Made by a program: the position numbers and the translations under genes. A stretch of 64,000 nucleotides of DNA, from positions 5,536-69,535 of the forward strand of contig JAJZFS010000048.1 of assembly GCA_021805245.1 (NCBI GenBank), read 5' to 3'. Each line of letters begins with the position of its first letter. Position 1 is the first letter of the stretch. This DNA is from Pseudomonadota bacterium (GTDB lineage Bacteria; Pseudomonadota; Alphaproteobacteria; Micavibrionales; UBA2020). Positions 27,960-38,157 of the stretch are shown piece by piece. The notes beneath the pieces were generated by a model. The model was not told where the DNA came from and made no database searches. It worked only from the letters and a program-made list of their open reading frames with translations.

Positions 27960-28104
27960 GACGGTGCAGCTCCTCATAATGGACGAAAATCGCAATTGCG
28001 AAGGTGACAACGAATATCCCCGCGACGATAACGGCCAGCGCGATGCCGAAACGGCGGTTGCGCCTTTGCATCTCGTCCTGCTGCGGAGTTTTTTGCGGGT
28101 CCAT
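27940..28104 (-). CDS. Small single-TM protein (54 aa), not in the ORF track
   Basis: My translation is MDPQKTPQQDEMQRRNRRFGIALAVIVAGIFVVTFAIAIFVHYEELHRHVAGGL. It starts 4 nt after the cysNC stop and overlaps the SCO start by 20 nt. Confidence 0.4.
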   Translation of the reverse strand: MDPQKTPQQDEMQRRNRRFGIALAVIVAGIFVVTFAIAIFVHYEELHRHVAGGL

Positions 28105-28108
28105 CACG

Positions 28109-30010
28109 TTATCTTTCGGCAGAGGCTTCTTTATAAGTCAGTTGGGACAATCCCCGCGCGTTTTGGAGAACATGATCGACGATCATGCCGACGCATTCAT
28201 CCACATCGTTTTCAGACGTATCGACGACCAGCTCCGGCGTCTCCGGCGTCTCATAGGGTGATGAAATGCCCGTGAAATCCTCAATCGCGCCACTGCGCGC
28301 TTTTTTATAGAGGCCCTTGGGGTCGCGCTTTTCGCAGGTGTCGAGGTCGGCCTTGACGTACACTTCGTGAAATCCCGCCCCCGCAGCCGCGCGCGCGGCG
28401 CGGCGGTCGGCCAGAAACGGCGAGATGAAGGCCGTAATTACGATCAACCCCGCATCCGCCATCAAGGCCGCCACTTCGCCGATGCGGCGGATGTTCTCAC
28501 TGCGGTCTTTCGCCGTGAAGCTGAGATCGGCATTGAGGCCGCGGCGGACATTGTCGCCGTCCAGAACATAGGTTTGCATGCCTTTGGTATGCAGGGCGCG
28601 CTCGACGCGCATGGCGAGCGTCGATTTGCCCGCGCCGGAAAGGCCCGTCAGCCACACCACCATGCCGCGGTGCCCGTTGCGCAAGGCGCGCGCCTCTGCC
28701 GTCAGCAGGTGGTCAACGGCAGTGAGGTTCTCCTGCGTCGCCAGACGAAGGGCGCGCAGATCGGCAAGTCCGTCCATGTTGATAATGCCGCCGCCGACCA
28801 CGTCCTGATGTTCGATGATGACGGCGCGGCCGGTGTCATGATTGTCCGCAAAGGGGTCGAGCGCGATCGTCTCGCGGCTGTGAAAGGTGACGACCGCCAT
28901 CTCGTTGACGGCAACGAAGTCTTTCTCGGCGCGCGCCAAATCGCCCGTGTCGATCACGCGGTCGATCGACTGCACTGTGACCGTTGCTTCCGCCGTGGCC
29001 AGCTTGATCTTGTAGCGCTTTCCGGCACGGAGCGGCTCCTTGCCGAGCCAGAAGATATTGGCGCGGAAATCGTGGGTCAGCATCGGCGCCTGTTCGGCGT
29101 GGCTGGCGACATCGCCGCGCGCGGCGTAGATCGGCTGGTCGAGCGTGATGCCGACCGACTCGCCCGCCTGCGCGGAGAGAATATCATGCGGCGCGTTCCA
29201 TTTTTCGATCGACGTCACGATCGCCGAGCGGTTCGACGGCGAAAATACCAGCGTGTCGCCTTTGCGCAAAACGCCCGAGGTGATGCGCCCGACGATGATG
29301 CGCCGTCCGTCGAAACGGTAAACGTCCTGCACCGGAAAACGCAGCGGCTTTTCCACCGGCGGCGCGGCGGGCGAGAAGGTATCGAGCTGCTCGAGAAGAG
29401 ACAGGCCCTTGTGCCACGGCATCTTGTCCGATTTTTTCGCGATATTGTCGCCTTCGCGCGCCGCGATGGGGATGATGGCCTGCGGCGCGATGCCGATATC
29501 GGCAAGATAGGCCGTAATTTCGCCCCTCACTTCATTGAAGCGTTTTTCGCCGTAGCCGACGGAGTCCATCTTGTTGATCGCCACGACAACCTGCTTCAGG
29601 CCCAAAAGGTGCAGGATATAGGCGTGGCGCTTGGTCTGCTCGCGCACGCCTTCGGCGGCGTCGACGACGAGAATGGCGGCATCGGCGAAGGACGCGCCGG
29701 AGATCATGTTCTTCAAAAATTCGCGGTGGCCCGGCGCGTCGATGATGACGTAGGGGCGCTTTTTGCTTTTGAACCAGATCTGCGTGGTGTCGATGGTGAC
29801 GGCCTGGTCGCGCTCGGCCTGAAAGGCGTCGAGCAGGAACGACCACTCGAACGGCACGTTGCGGCGCGCGCAGGAGGCCCGCACTTCTTCGAACTTCCCG
29901 TCCATCAGGCTGTCAGTATCGTGCAGCAGGCGACCGATCAGCGTCGATTTGCCATGATCGACATGACCGACGATAACGACACCGACTTTTTCTTCCTGCT
30001 TCGCCATCAC
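28109..30010 (-). CDS. cysNC: Bifunctional sulfate adenylyltransferase subunit 1 / adenylylsulfate kinase (CysN-CysC, NodQ-like)
   Basis: 633 aa; GTPase motifs GHVDHGKST and DAPGH, plus a C-terminal APS kinase P-loop GLSGAGKST. Confidence 0.92.
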   Translation of the reverse strand: MMAKQEEKVGVVIVGHVDHGKSTLIGRLLHDTDSLMDGKFEEVRASCARRNVPFEWSFLLDAFQAERDQAVTIDTTQIWFKSKKRPYVIIDAPGHREFLKNMISGASFADAAILVVDAAEGVREQTKRHAYILHLLGLKQVVVAINKMDSVGYGEKRFNEVRGEITAYLADIGIAPQAIIPIAAREGDNIAKKSDKMPWHKGLSLLEQLDTFSPAAPPVEKPLRFPVQDVYRFDGRRIIVGRITSGVLRKGDTLVFSPSNRSAIVTSIEKWNAPHDILSAQAGESVGITLDQPIYAARGDVASHAEQAPMLTHDFRANIFWLGKEPLRAGKRYKIKLATAEATVTVQSIDRVIDTGDLARAEKDFVAVNEMAVVTFHSRETIALDPFADNHDTGRAVIIEHQDVVGGGIINMDGLADLRALRLATQENLTAVDHLLTAEARALRNGHRGMVVWLTGLSGAGKSTLAMRVERALHTKGMQTYVLDGDNVRRGLNADLSFTAKDRSENIRRIGEVAALMADAGLIVITAFISPFLADRRAARAAAGAGFHEVYVKADLDTCEKRDPKGLYKKARSGAIEDFTGISSPYETPETPELVVDTSENDVDECVGMIVDHVLQNARGLSQLTYKEASAER

Positions 30011-30804
30011 ATATACCCACTCTGGCGCAGACGTTCGAAGCTGTCTTCGGTCTCGCTGTCCATGGAGCGTCCGGCACGCTCGGAAGTTTTGGTCACTTCC
30101 AGCTCGGCTATGATCTCGTCGATGGTGGAGGCGGCGCTCTTGATCGGGAAAGTGATGTTCTTCTCGCCGAGCGAGCGGAAGCGCATGCCGTTGCGCGAGA
30201 GATAGAGCGGCACGATGGGAATGTTCTCGCGCTGCGTGTAGCGCCAGATGTCGATTTCCCGCCAGTGCAAAATCGGGTGGATGCGCACGTGCGTGTCCTC
30301 GGGGAAGTCGGTTTTATACTGGTCCCAGAACTCGGCAGGCTGGTCTTTATAATCCCACGTGCCGTCGAAACGGCGCGGCGAGAAGACACGCTCCTTGGCG
30401 CGCATGCTTTGTTCATCGCGGCGGATGCCGACGATGATGCCTTTGTATTTTTCGCGGGCGAGCAGGTTTTTGAGTCCCTCGGTCTTGCGCGCGGCGGCAC
30501 GGGTCGCGGGCGGCAGGGTCTGGTCCATCTCCTCTTCGGGCGGGCATTGCTCGATTTTCAGCTCGAAGCCCCAGTCTTTGACCAGTTGGTCGCGGAAGGT
30601 ATAGACCTCATCCTCTTCCATGCCGGTGTCGAGCTGGATCATCGGGAACGGCACGCGGCCATAAAACGCCTTGCGGATGCACCACAGCAGCGCGGTCGAA
30701 TCCTTGCCGATCGACCACAACATGCCGAGCGGCTTGATGCGGTTATACGCCTCGCGCAGGATATAGATGGTCTTCGATTCCAGTTCGTCGAGATGGTCTT
30801 GCAT
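30007..30804 (-). CDS. cysD: Sulfate adenylyltransferase subunit 2 (CysD/NodP-like)
   Basis: 265 aa; PP-loop SIGKDS, and RRDEQSMRAKERVFS. ATGA overlap with cysNC. Shorter than E. coli CysD. Confidence 0.88.
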   Translation of the reverse strand: MQDHLDELESKTIYILREAYNRIKPLGMLWSIGKDSTALLWCIRKAFYGRVPFPMIQLDTGMEEDEVYTFRDQLVKDWGFELKIEQCPPEEEMDQTLPPATRAAARKTEGLKNLLAREKYKGIIVGIRRDEQSMRAKERVFSPRRFDGTWDYKDQPAEFWDQYKTDFPEDTHVRIHPILHWREIDIWRYTQRENIPIVPLYLSRNGMRFRSLGEKNITFPIKSAASTIDEIIAELEVTKTSERAGRSMDSETEDSFERLRQSGYM

Positions 30805-30865
30805 GGGCTGACGGTATCAAATCACCGCCTCATATTCAAACGCGTTCTACATAAAAATGGTGATT

Positions 30866-31635
<770 letters not shown>

Positions 31636-31639
<4 letters not shown>

Positions 31640-33768
31640 GATTTTTCTTCCCCCACTTTGAACGCACGCGGCGGCGCGCCCGCCTGCCAGATCCGCCACA
31701 TGGTCTCGTAAGCGCTTTCAAGATTTGCAACATACCGTTTGATATCGAACAGCGGCGTTGTCAGGCGGTTTTTCGCCAGTTTTTCGCGCACTCCGCGCAG
31801 CCGTTCCGGATCTTGCGCCAGCTGCAGGGCCAGCGCCTCGTATTCCCCGAGAGACGTGGTGATCATCTCCGGCAGGCCGATGGCGGCGAGAAGGCTGCCC
31901 GCCACGCGCCCCGCGAAGGTGTCGCCCGCGCAGGTCAGAACCGGCAGCCCCGCCCAGAGCGCGTCGCTCGTCGTGGTGTGGGCGTTGACGGGCAGCGTAT
32001 CGAGGAACAGGTCCGCACAACGGTGCCGCGCCAGATGCCCCGGCAACAGCAGCCTGGGGGCGAAGACCAGCCTGTCTGCATCAACGCCGCGGGCTTCCGC
32101 CTCACGTTTCAGATTCTCCTTCACGGCGAGATTGGCTTCCAGCAGCCACAACACACTGCCCGGCACATCCTTCAGCAAGCGCATCCAGATATCGAAAAAG
32201 CGCGGGGTGATTTTATAGGTGTTGTTGAAGCAACAGAAAACGAATCCGTTCTCCGGCAAGCCGCAGGCAGCGCGGGACGGCGTATCGGCTATGTCGCGCG
32301 TCGTGTCGTTCGGCTGGTAGCAGTCCGGCAACTGGACGATTTTTTCGCTGTAAAACGGCTGCTGGTCCATCGGCGCAATAAAGGGATCGGCGATGATATA
32401 ATCGATAAAATCGGCGCCCATCGTCGCCGGAAAGCCGAGATAATTGACCTGCACAGGCGCAGGGCAGCGCGCGGGAATGCCGAGGCGTCCGCCCGTCGTG
32501 TAGCCCTTGAGGTCGATAAGGATATCGACGCCGTCATCATATATTTTTTGCGCGGCCTGATCGTCGGTCATCAGGCGCATATCCACGAAACGGTCAAACC
32601 CCTTGAGCAACCTGTCATGCATGTCGCTTTTGTCCTCGCGACCGTAAGAATAGCCCGTGATTTCAAAGCGCTTGCGATCATGCCGCTCGAAAAGCTCGGC
32701 CATCAGGTAGGTCGTGGCATGCGGGTAAAAGTCGGCGGACAGGTAACCGATGCGTATTTTCCCTCCCCCCGACGAATCTATGCGGGACCGCCGGTGACGG
32801 AAGATGGCAGAGGGATGCGCTTCCTCCCTGCTTTTCACGAACGCGCGCCCGCAGACGAGCTGGTCCGCCGGCGTCGACGGCACCGCCAGAAAGCCGAAAG
32901 GCGGAATATTGGTTGCATCAGAGCGCGACATCTCCAGCAGCCTCGCTTCCTGCGCGTCAATGTCCTTCCAGTCGCAAATATGCTGGCGCGCATGCACCAG
33001 ACTGCCCAGGGCGGCGTCGCTCCTGGGATTCAGCTTTAGCGCCTGCGCGTAGTATCTGGCGCACATGTCCTGCCGCCCCTGCCTTTTATAGGCCTCGCCG
33101 AGATTGAGGTAGGCATCGAAAAAGTCGGGCTTGAGGGCGACCGCCTTCTCGTACTGCGTCACCGCGTCGTCGTACAAAAGGTCTTCCAGCAGGGAGTTGG
33201 CCAGATTGAAGTGTGCGAGGGTATAGTCCGGCTTGAGGATGATCGCTTTCATGAACAGCGCCGCCGCCGCGTCGCGCATGTCCAGCTTCTTGAGGACCAC
33301 GCCAAGGTCGCTGCAGGCCTCGGCGTTATTCGGCTGGATTTCGAGCAGGCGCTCGAGCGGCACGCGCGCCTCGCGCCACCGGTTCTGGCCGATAAGCATG
33401 ATACCCAGATTGCTATAGGCCTCTATATGGTCCGGCTGGAGCGCGAGGGTGCGGTTGTATTCCTTTTCGGCGGCGGAAAATTTTCCCTGTTTTTGCAGCG
33501 CCAGCGCCAGATGATAGTGAAAAACGGCAATATCGTCTTTTCCCTTGATGGCTTTTTTGAAGAACCCGACGGCATCGTCATAACGTTCTTCCTGCGCCGC
33601 CAGAATGCCGAGAATATGAAAGGCGCCCGGATATTTCGGCGACAGGGCAAGAATTTTCCCGCAGACTTCCTCTGCCGCGGCCGTTTTTCCGGCCTGCACA
33701 TGCGCCGCGGCCAATTGCATCATTTGCGAAATAGTATCCGTGGATATCTGAGAACTCGTCTTTGCCAT
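31636..33768 (-). CDS. TPR-repeat + GT41 (OGT/SPINDLY-like) glycosyltransferase; candidate flagellin glycosyltransferase
   Basis: 710 aa. The N-terminal ~280 aa are TPR repeats. The C-terminal region reads FVFCCFNNTYKITPRFFDIWMRLLKDVPGSVLWLL...NAHTTTSDALWAGLPVLT, the GT41 catalytic signature. It lies immediately downstream of the flagellin gene. Confidence 0.8.
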
Positions 33769-33848
33769 ATCCTGAAACTTTCCAACCCCCGCGCCTCATC
33801 ATGCCACAGCGCCCCTGCCGGAGGCAAAAAAAAGAAACTCATGAGCGC

Positions 33849-33880
33849 AAAAAAGAACCGGCGGATTTTAACCCGCCGGC
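33849..33880 (-). terminator. Intrinsic terminator downstream of the flagellin gene
   Basis: Minus strand reads CCGGCGG-GTTAAAAT-CCGCCGG followed by TTCTTTTTT. Confidence 0.6.
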
Positions 33881-33909
33881 CCTTTTCAAGTTTGTTGGCG
33901 AAGCCGTCC

Positions 33910-35145
33910 TTAAGCGAACAGACGGAGCACCGATTGGTTGGCCTGCGAAGACAGGGACAGGGCCTCGATACCGAGTTGCTGCTGCGTTTGCAGAGCCAGC
34001 ATGTTGGCGCCCTCCTGGTTCTTGTCTGCAATCACCAGCGAAGAAGAGCCGTTTTGCAGCGTGTTAATCAGGTTGGTCGTGAAGTCCTGACGGTTCTGGA
34101 TCAGGGACAAGCTGTTCGCAAAGCTGGTCGCCTGAGTTTGCAGTGTCGTGATCGCCGCATTGATCTTGCTGATACTCGTATCAATGTTGGTGCTAGACGT
34201 CCACGTACTGGCGTTGGCATCGAGACCGAGACCGCTCACCGCCGTCAAGTCGACGGATTTAACGGTAATCGGGTTGGTGCTCAGTTCGTTCACCTGCACA
34301 GTCAGATTGTTACCTTTACCATCGATCAGGTTGTTGCCCTGATAGTTCGAGTCGGTAATCGTCTGGTCGATCTGCGTAAGGATGTTTGCGTAGGACGCGA
34401 TATCCGTCGCATCGCTGCCGCCGGTCTTGACAACCTGAGAAGTAGCCCCCAAACCAATATACTTCAAAACGTTGGCCGTGGAACCCGTCGTACTGATTGC
34501 CTGACCGTCCGTCGAAACGATGTTGAGGTAAGCGCTCCCCACAGCCAGCGTCGCACCGTTCGGAGCACCGGCAGTGTTAACGGAGGCCGACGACAGCGTC
34601 TTGCCGTCACCGTAGATGATGCTGGCGCTGAAGCCCGTCGTCTGGTTGATCGCGTCGACCAGACCCTGCAGGGTTTCGCCACTGGCGATGGTGAAGGTCG
34701 CCTGCGGGTTGGTGCCGTCCGTCAGATTGAGCGTCGAACCACCCGTGATGCTGCCCGACGTCAAGTTGGCCACCAACGAGGACGACATACCGGAAGAACC
34801 CGCCGTCTCCAACGTGTTGACCGAGGTTGTCTGGGTCAAGTCGGTTTTGGCGGTGTTGGCGACAGACGTCAGCTGGTGCACGAGAGAAGTGATACTCGTG
34901 ATGCCTTGGTTGACCGCCTGAATGGTCTGAATGGCCTGACCCATGCCATCGAGAAGGGATGAAAGGGCCGAAGCGCGCGTGCTCAGAGCTTGTGAAGCGA
35001 AGTAGTTGACCGGATTGTCCAGAGCCGAGTTGACTTTGTTACCGGTAGAAAGAGCGAGCTGCGTGGTGCCCAATTCATTTGCAGTGTTCTGCAAGCTGAG
35101 AAGGTTGGCACGCATTGCCGCTGTAAGGGTGATTGTACCTGACAT
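33910..35145 (-). CDS. Flagellin
   Basis: 411 aa with conserved N-terminal (LSTGNKVNSALDNPVNYF..) and C-terminal (..LQTQQQLGIEALSLSSQANQSVLRLF) flagellin D0/D1 segments. The central domain is Ser/Thr-rich. Confidence 0.93.
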   Translation of the reverse strand: MSGTITLTAAMRANLLSLQNTANELGTTQLALSTGNKVNSALDNPVNYFASQALSTRASALSSLLDGMGQAIQTIQAVNQGITSITSLVHQLTSVANTAKTDLTQTTSVNTLETAGSSGMSSSLVANLTSGSITGGSTLNLTDGTNPQATFTIASGETLQGLVDAINQTTGFSASIIYGDGKTLSSASVNTAGAPNGATLAVGSAYLNIVSTDGQAISTTGSTANVLKYIGLGATSQVVKTGGSDATDIASYANILTQIDQTITDSNYQGNNLIDGKGNNLTVQVNELSTNPITVKSVDLTAVSGLGLDANASTWTSSTNIDTSISKINAAITTLQTQATSFANSLSLIQNRQDFTTNLINTLQNGSSSLVIADKNQEGANMLALQTQQQLGIEALSLSSQANQSVLRLFA

Positions 35146-35211
35146 AATGATGTTCCTTTTCTAAGGTTAGCAATAAGACGGGGAATCCTATCCCAGTCAT
35201 ATTTCCATGCT

Positions 35212-35238
35212 ATCATCGCAGCGGTTAACGGGCGGTTA
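35212..35238 (-). promoter_or_regulatory. Candidate sigma28 (FliA)-type promoter of the flagellin gene
   Basis: Minus strand reads TAAC-N15-GCGATGAT, against the consensus TAAA-N15-GCCGATAA. It sits about 65 nt upstream of the ATG. Confidence 0.4.
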
Positions 35239-35502
35239 ACGAGCCTCCACAGGGGATTAATGTATAACTAACATATTGATTTTTTATATAATTTGCATAG
35301 CCATATTATCGCTTTCCGTGCCGTACAGTTCGCCCGCTTGCGCGACTGTAGGTAGGGCGCGAATCCTCTCCATTCCCCCGCACCTATAAGCCAACATACT
35401 GATATTCAATAATTACTTTGTATTGCGGGGCGCCTGTGCAAGGATAAGCGGCGATGGGTGCAAAGCCAGACCCCTGCGGCGCGCCCCAAGATAAGGATTC
35501 CC

Positions 35503-36549
35503 ATGCCCAAACATCTTCTCTCCATCGGAATGCCTTCCAACAGGAATCTGACGGCCAGCTCGAAAGCCATTTCCAGCGCGCTCGCTTATTGCCGCGCAGA
35601 AGGGTATCAGTTTGTCGTGTCGGACAATTCCGGCGATGCGGCAAAAGAAAAAGAACATGCGGCGGCGTTTCAAGATGACAACCTGCATTATATTAAAAGC
35701 CCGCCCTGCGGCGTGATCGAAAACTGGCAGCGCGCCTTTGACGCGACGGACGGCGCGTTTGTCCTGATGATGGGCGACGACGACAGTTTCTTCAGTTTTG
35801 CGCCGGAGCCGGATTTTGACAAAGTAGAAGACCACGTCGCCGCCATCAAACCGGCCGTTTTCTCTTACACGGAGACCATCGGCATCCAGAAAATTGACAG
35901 CATGCCGATATTGTCGCAAAACGCGGCGTCGCGCATCCTGGAGAACCTGAAGAACGCCAGCGGCAGCAACCTCGGTTTTTTTAGCTTCTGGCGGCGGGAG
36001 GTGCTGAAATCGGTCATGGATCTGTGGATGATCCATCACCCGACCAAGGGCTCCTATATCGACTGGGCGGCAATGGACGGGCTCATTTCCTCCGGCACCG
36101 CAATCCTGCATCCGTCGGTCTGCTATTGTTACAACCTGCAAAACTGGTCGGGCACACGAAACGAAATCAACACGGAAGTGGACAGGCACTTCGTCAACGC
36201 CGGCCTGCCGCGGGGATCAGGCGCGTATCAAGTCCTGTTTATGGGGATTGACTCCTTCATCTTCGTTGGCCGGAAGGATTCGCCCATCCCCACACTGGAG
36301 CGCGAGCAGGCCGCGACCACCGGCCTTAGTGTTTACCTGCAGAATTACATACGGGGCCTCCCGCAATCATCGCCGCACGAAAACGCGGAAGAAATCGCAG
36401 CGCTCTCCCAAAAACTCATCGGCAACGATTCGGTGGAAAAGATTTTCAAAGCCATATCCGACATTCTCGACGCCATCCAGCCGGGGCTCGGAAGAAAATA
36501 CCGGGATTATTATGAGTTCGCCATCGGCAAACCGTGGGGGACGTTTTGA
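35503..36549 (+). CDS. GT-A fold glycosyltransferase (family 2-like)
   Basis: MPKHLLSIGMPSNRN.., FVVSDNSGD and VLMMGDDD (DxD) motifs. Divergent from the flagellin gene. ATG 35503 lies within ORF 35458..36549. Confidence 0.6.
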   Translation: MPKHLLSIGMPSNRNLTASSKAISSALAYCRAEGYQFVVSDNSGDAAKEKEHAAAFQDDNLHYIKSPPCGVIENWQRAFDATDGAFVLMMGDDDSFFSFAPEPDFDKVEDHVAAIKPAVFSYTETIGIQKIDSMPILSQNAASRILENLKNASGSNLGFFSFWRREVLKSVMDLWMIHHPTKGSYIDWAAMDGLISSGTAILHPSVCYCYNLQNWSGTRNEINTEVDRHFVNAGLPRGSGAYQVLFMGIDSFIFVGRKDSPIPTLEREQAATTGLSVYLQNYIRGLPQSSPHENAEEIAALSQKLIGNDSVEKIFKAISDILDAIQPGLGRKYRDYYEFAIGKPWGTF

Positions 36550-38154
36550 CTAATCCATCACCGCGACTTCTTCTTTCGGCGCATAGTCCGGCCGCTTGAG
36601 CAACAGCACCAGCGGGATGACCGCGATCATCAGCACCATCATCAGCTTGAAATCGTCTATATAGCCTACCATCGACGCCTGACGGGTGATGATGCCGTTG
36701 AGCGCTTCCAGCCCCCGCACCCTGAACGGGTCGACATGCAACGCCGCGAAGCCGGGGTCATGCAGATTGTAGGGCGTGACATGCGCGGCCATGCCGGCAT
36801 GAACGACCTGTGTGTTGCGCGTCAGTAAAAACTCGACAACAGAAATGCCGATGGCGCTGCCGATATTGCGCAACAAGTTGAAAAACGCCGTGCCCTCGTT
36901 GCGCAAATGTGCGGGCAGCGTCGAGAAGGCCAGCGTCGAGAGCGGCACATAAGACAAACCGACGCCGAAGCCCTGCACCAGACCGGACATCACCACCGGC
37001 TCCGCGCCCATCAAGAGGCTGAAGTCCGACATCATCCAGAGTGATAGCACGGTCAAAGACAACCCGACCGTCATGATGCCGCGCATATCCGCCTTGCCGG
37101 ACATGCGCCCGACCAGCATCATGGCGAGCATCGTCCCAAGGCCGCGCGGCGCGGTCACCAGTCCGGTGGTCAGTACCGGATATTGCATATCCGTCTGCAA
37201 CATCGGCGGCAGAAGCGCCAGCGTGGCGAACAGCACGACACCGATCAGGAAAATAAAAATGTTGGACGCGAGAAAATTGTGGTCGGCGAACAGCGCCGGA
37301 CTGACGAACGGCTTGTCGTGCGTCAGCGTATGAACGAGGAAAAGATAAAGCGAAACGCCGCCAAGGCCGGCGTAAAAGATGATCTCCGGCGAATTGAACC
37401 AGTCTTTCAACTGCCCGCGGTCGAGCATCAGCTGCAACGCGCCGAGAAACAAACTCAAGGTCGTAAAGCCGAAAAAGTCGAACCGTCTATCCACCGGCTC
37501 CGTCTCGGGCATCGAGGCGGTGAGCCCGAGAAAGGCGACAATGCCGATCGGCACATTAATATAGAATACCCAGCGCCAGTCATAGTTCTGCGTCAGCCAG
37601 CCGCCGAGCGCGGGGCCCAAAATCGGCCCCATCGTCACGCCCACGCCCCAGATCGCCATGGCGCGGGCGTAATCGCGCGGGTCGTTGATGTCGAACATGA
37701 TCGCCTGCGACAAGGGCACCAGCGCCGCACCGGAAATACCCTGCAACAGGCGAAAGAAAACGATCTGCCCGAGAGTCACCGAAGCGCCGCAGGCCGCCGA
37801 AGAGACCGCGAAGCCGGCAATCGAGATGAGAAAGACCTTTTTGCGCCCGAACCTGCCCGCCAGCCAGCCGGTGAGCGGAATCATGATGGCGGCGGCGATA
37901 ATATATGACGTCAAGACCCAGCCGATTTCCTCCTGCGTCGCGGAAAACGTGCCCTGCATCTTCGGCAAAGCGACGTTGGCGATGGTGGAGTCGATCGACT
38001 GCATGATCGTCGCCGCCATGATCGAGACGGTGATGAGCTTCCGGTTCAGCGCGGGCGGTGAAGACTGCTTGTGCGGCGGGGCGTCGTGGCTGGCGCCGAC
38101 CCCCGCCTCTTCCGCCACTTTCTCGAGAATATCCGCACCTGCTACATCGGGCAT
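36550..38154 (-). CDS. MFS drug efflux transporter, DHA2 (EmrB/QacA) family, 14 TM
   Basis: 534 aa; conserved LDSTIANVALP and WLAGRFGRKK motifs. Confidence 0.9.
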   Translation of the reverse strand: MPDVAGADILEKVAEEAGVGASHDAPPHKQSSPPALNRKLITVSIMAATIMQSIDSTIANVALPKMQGTFSATQEEIGWVLTSYIIAAAIMIPLTGWLAGRFGRKKVFLISIAGFAVSSAACGASVTLGQIVFFRLLQGISGAALVPLSQAIMFDINDPRDYARAMAIWGVGVTMGPILGPALGGWLTQNYDWRWVFYINVPIGIVAFLGLTASMPETEPVDRRFDFFGFTTLSLFLGALQLMLDRGQLKDWFNSPEIIFYAGLGGVSLYLFLVHTLTHDKPFVSPALFADHNFLASNIFIFLIGVVLFATLALLPPMLQTDMQYPVLTTGLVTAPRGLGTMLAMMLVGRMSGKADMRGIMTVGLSLTVLSLWMMSDFSLLMGAEPVVMSGLVQGFGVGLSYVPLSTLAFSTLPAHLRNEGTAFFNLLRNIGSAIGISVVEFLLTRNTQVVHAGMAAHVTPYNLHDPGFAALHVDPFRVRGLEALNGIITRQASMVGYIDDFKLMMVLMIAVIPLVLLLKRPDYAPKEEVAVMD

Positions 38155-38157
38155 GGG

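Noticed and set aside
30007-30804. cysD as a truncated pseudogene (265 aa versus about 300 in E. coli).
   Set aside because: The ORF is continuous, keeps the PP-loop and C-terminal motifs, and is tightly coupled to cysNC. The missing segment looks like a natural internal length variation.
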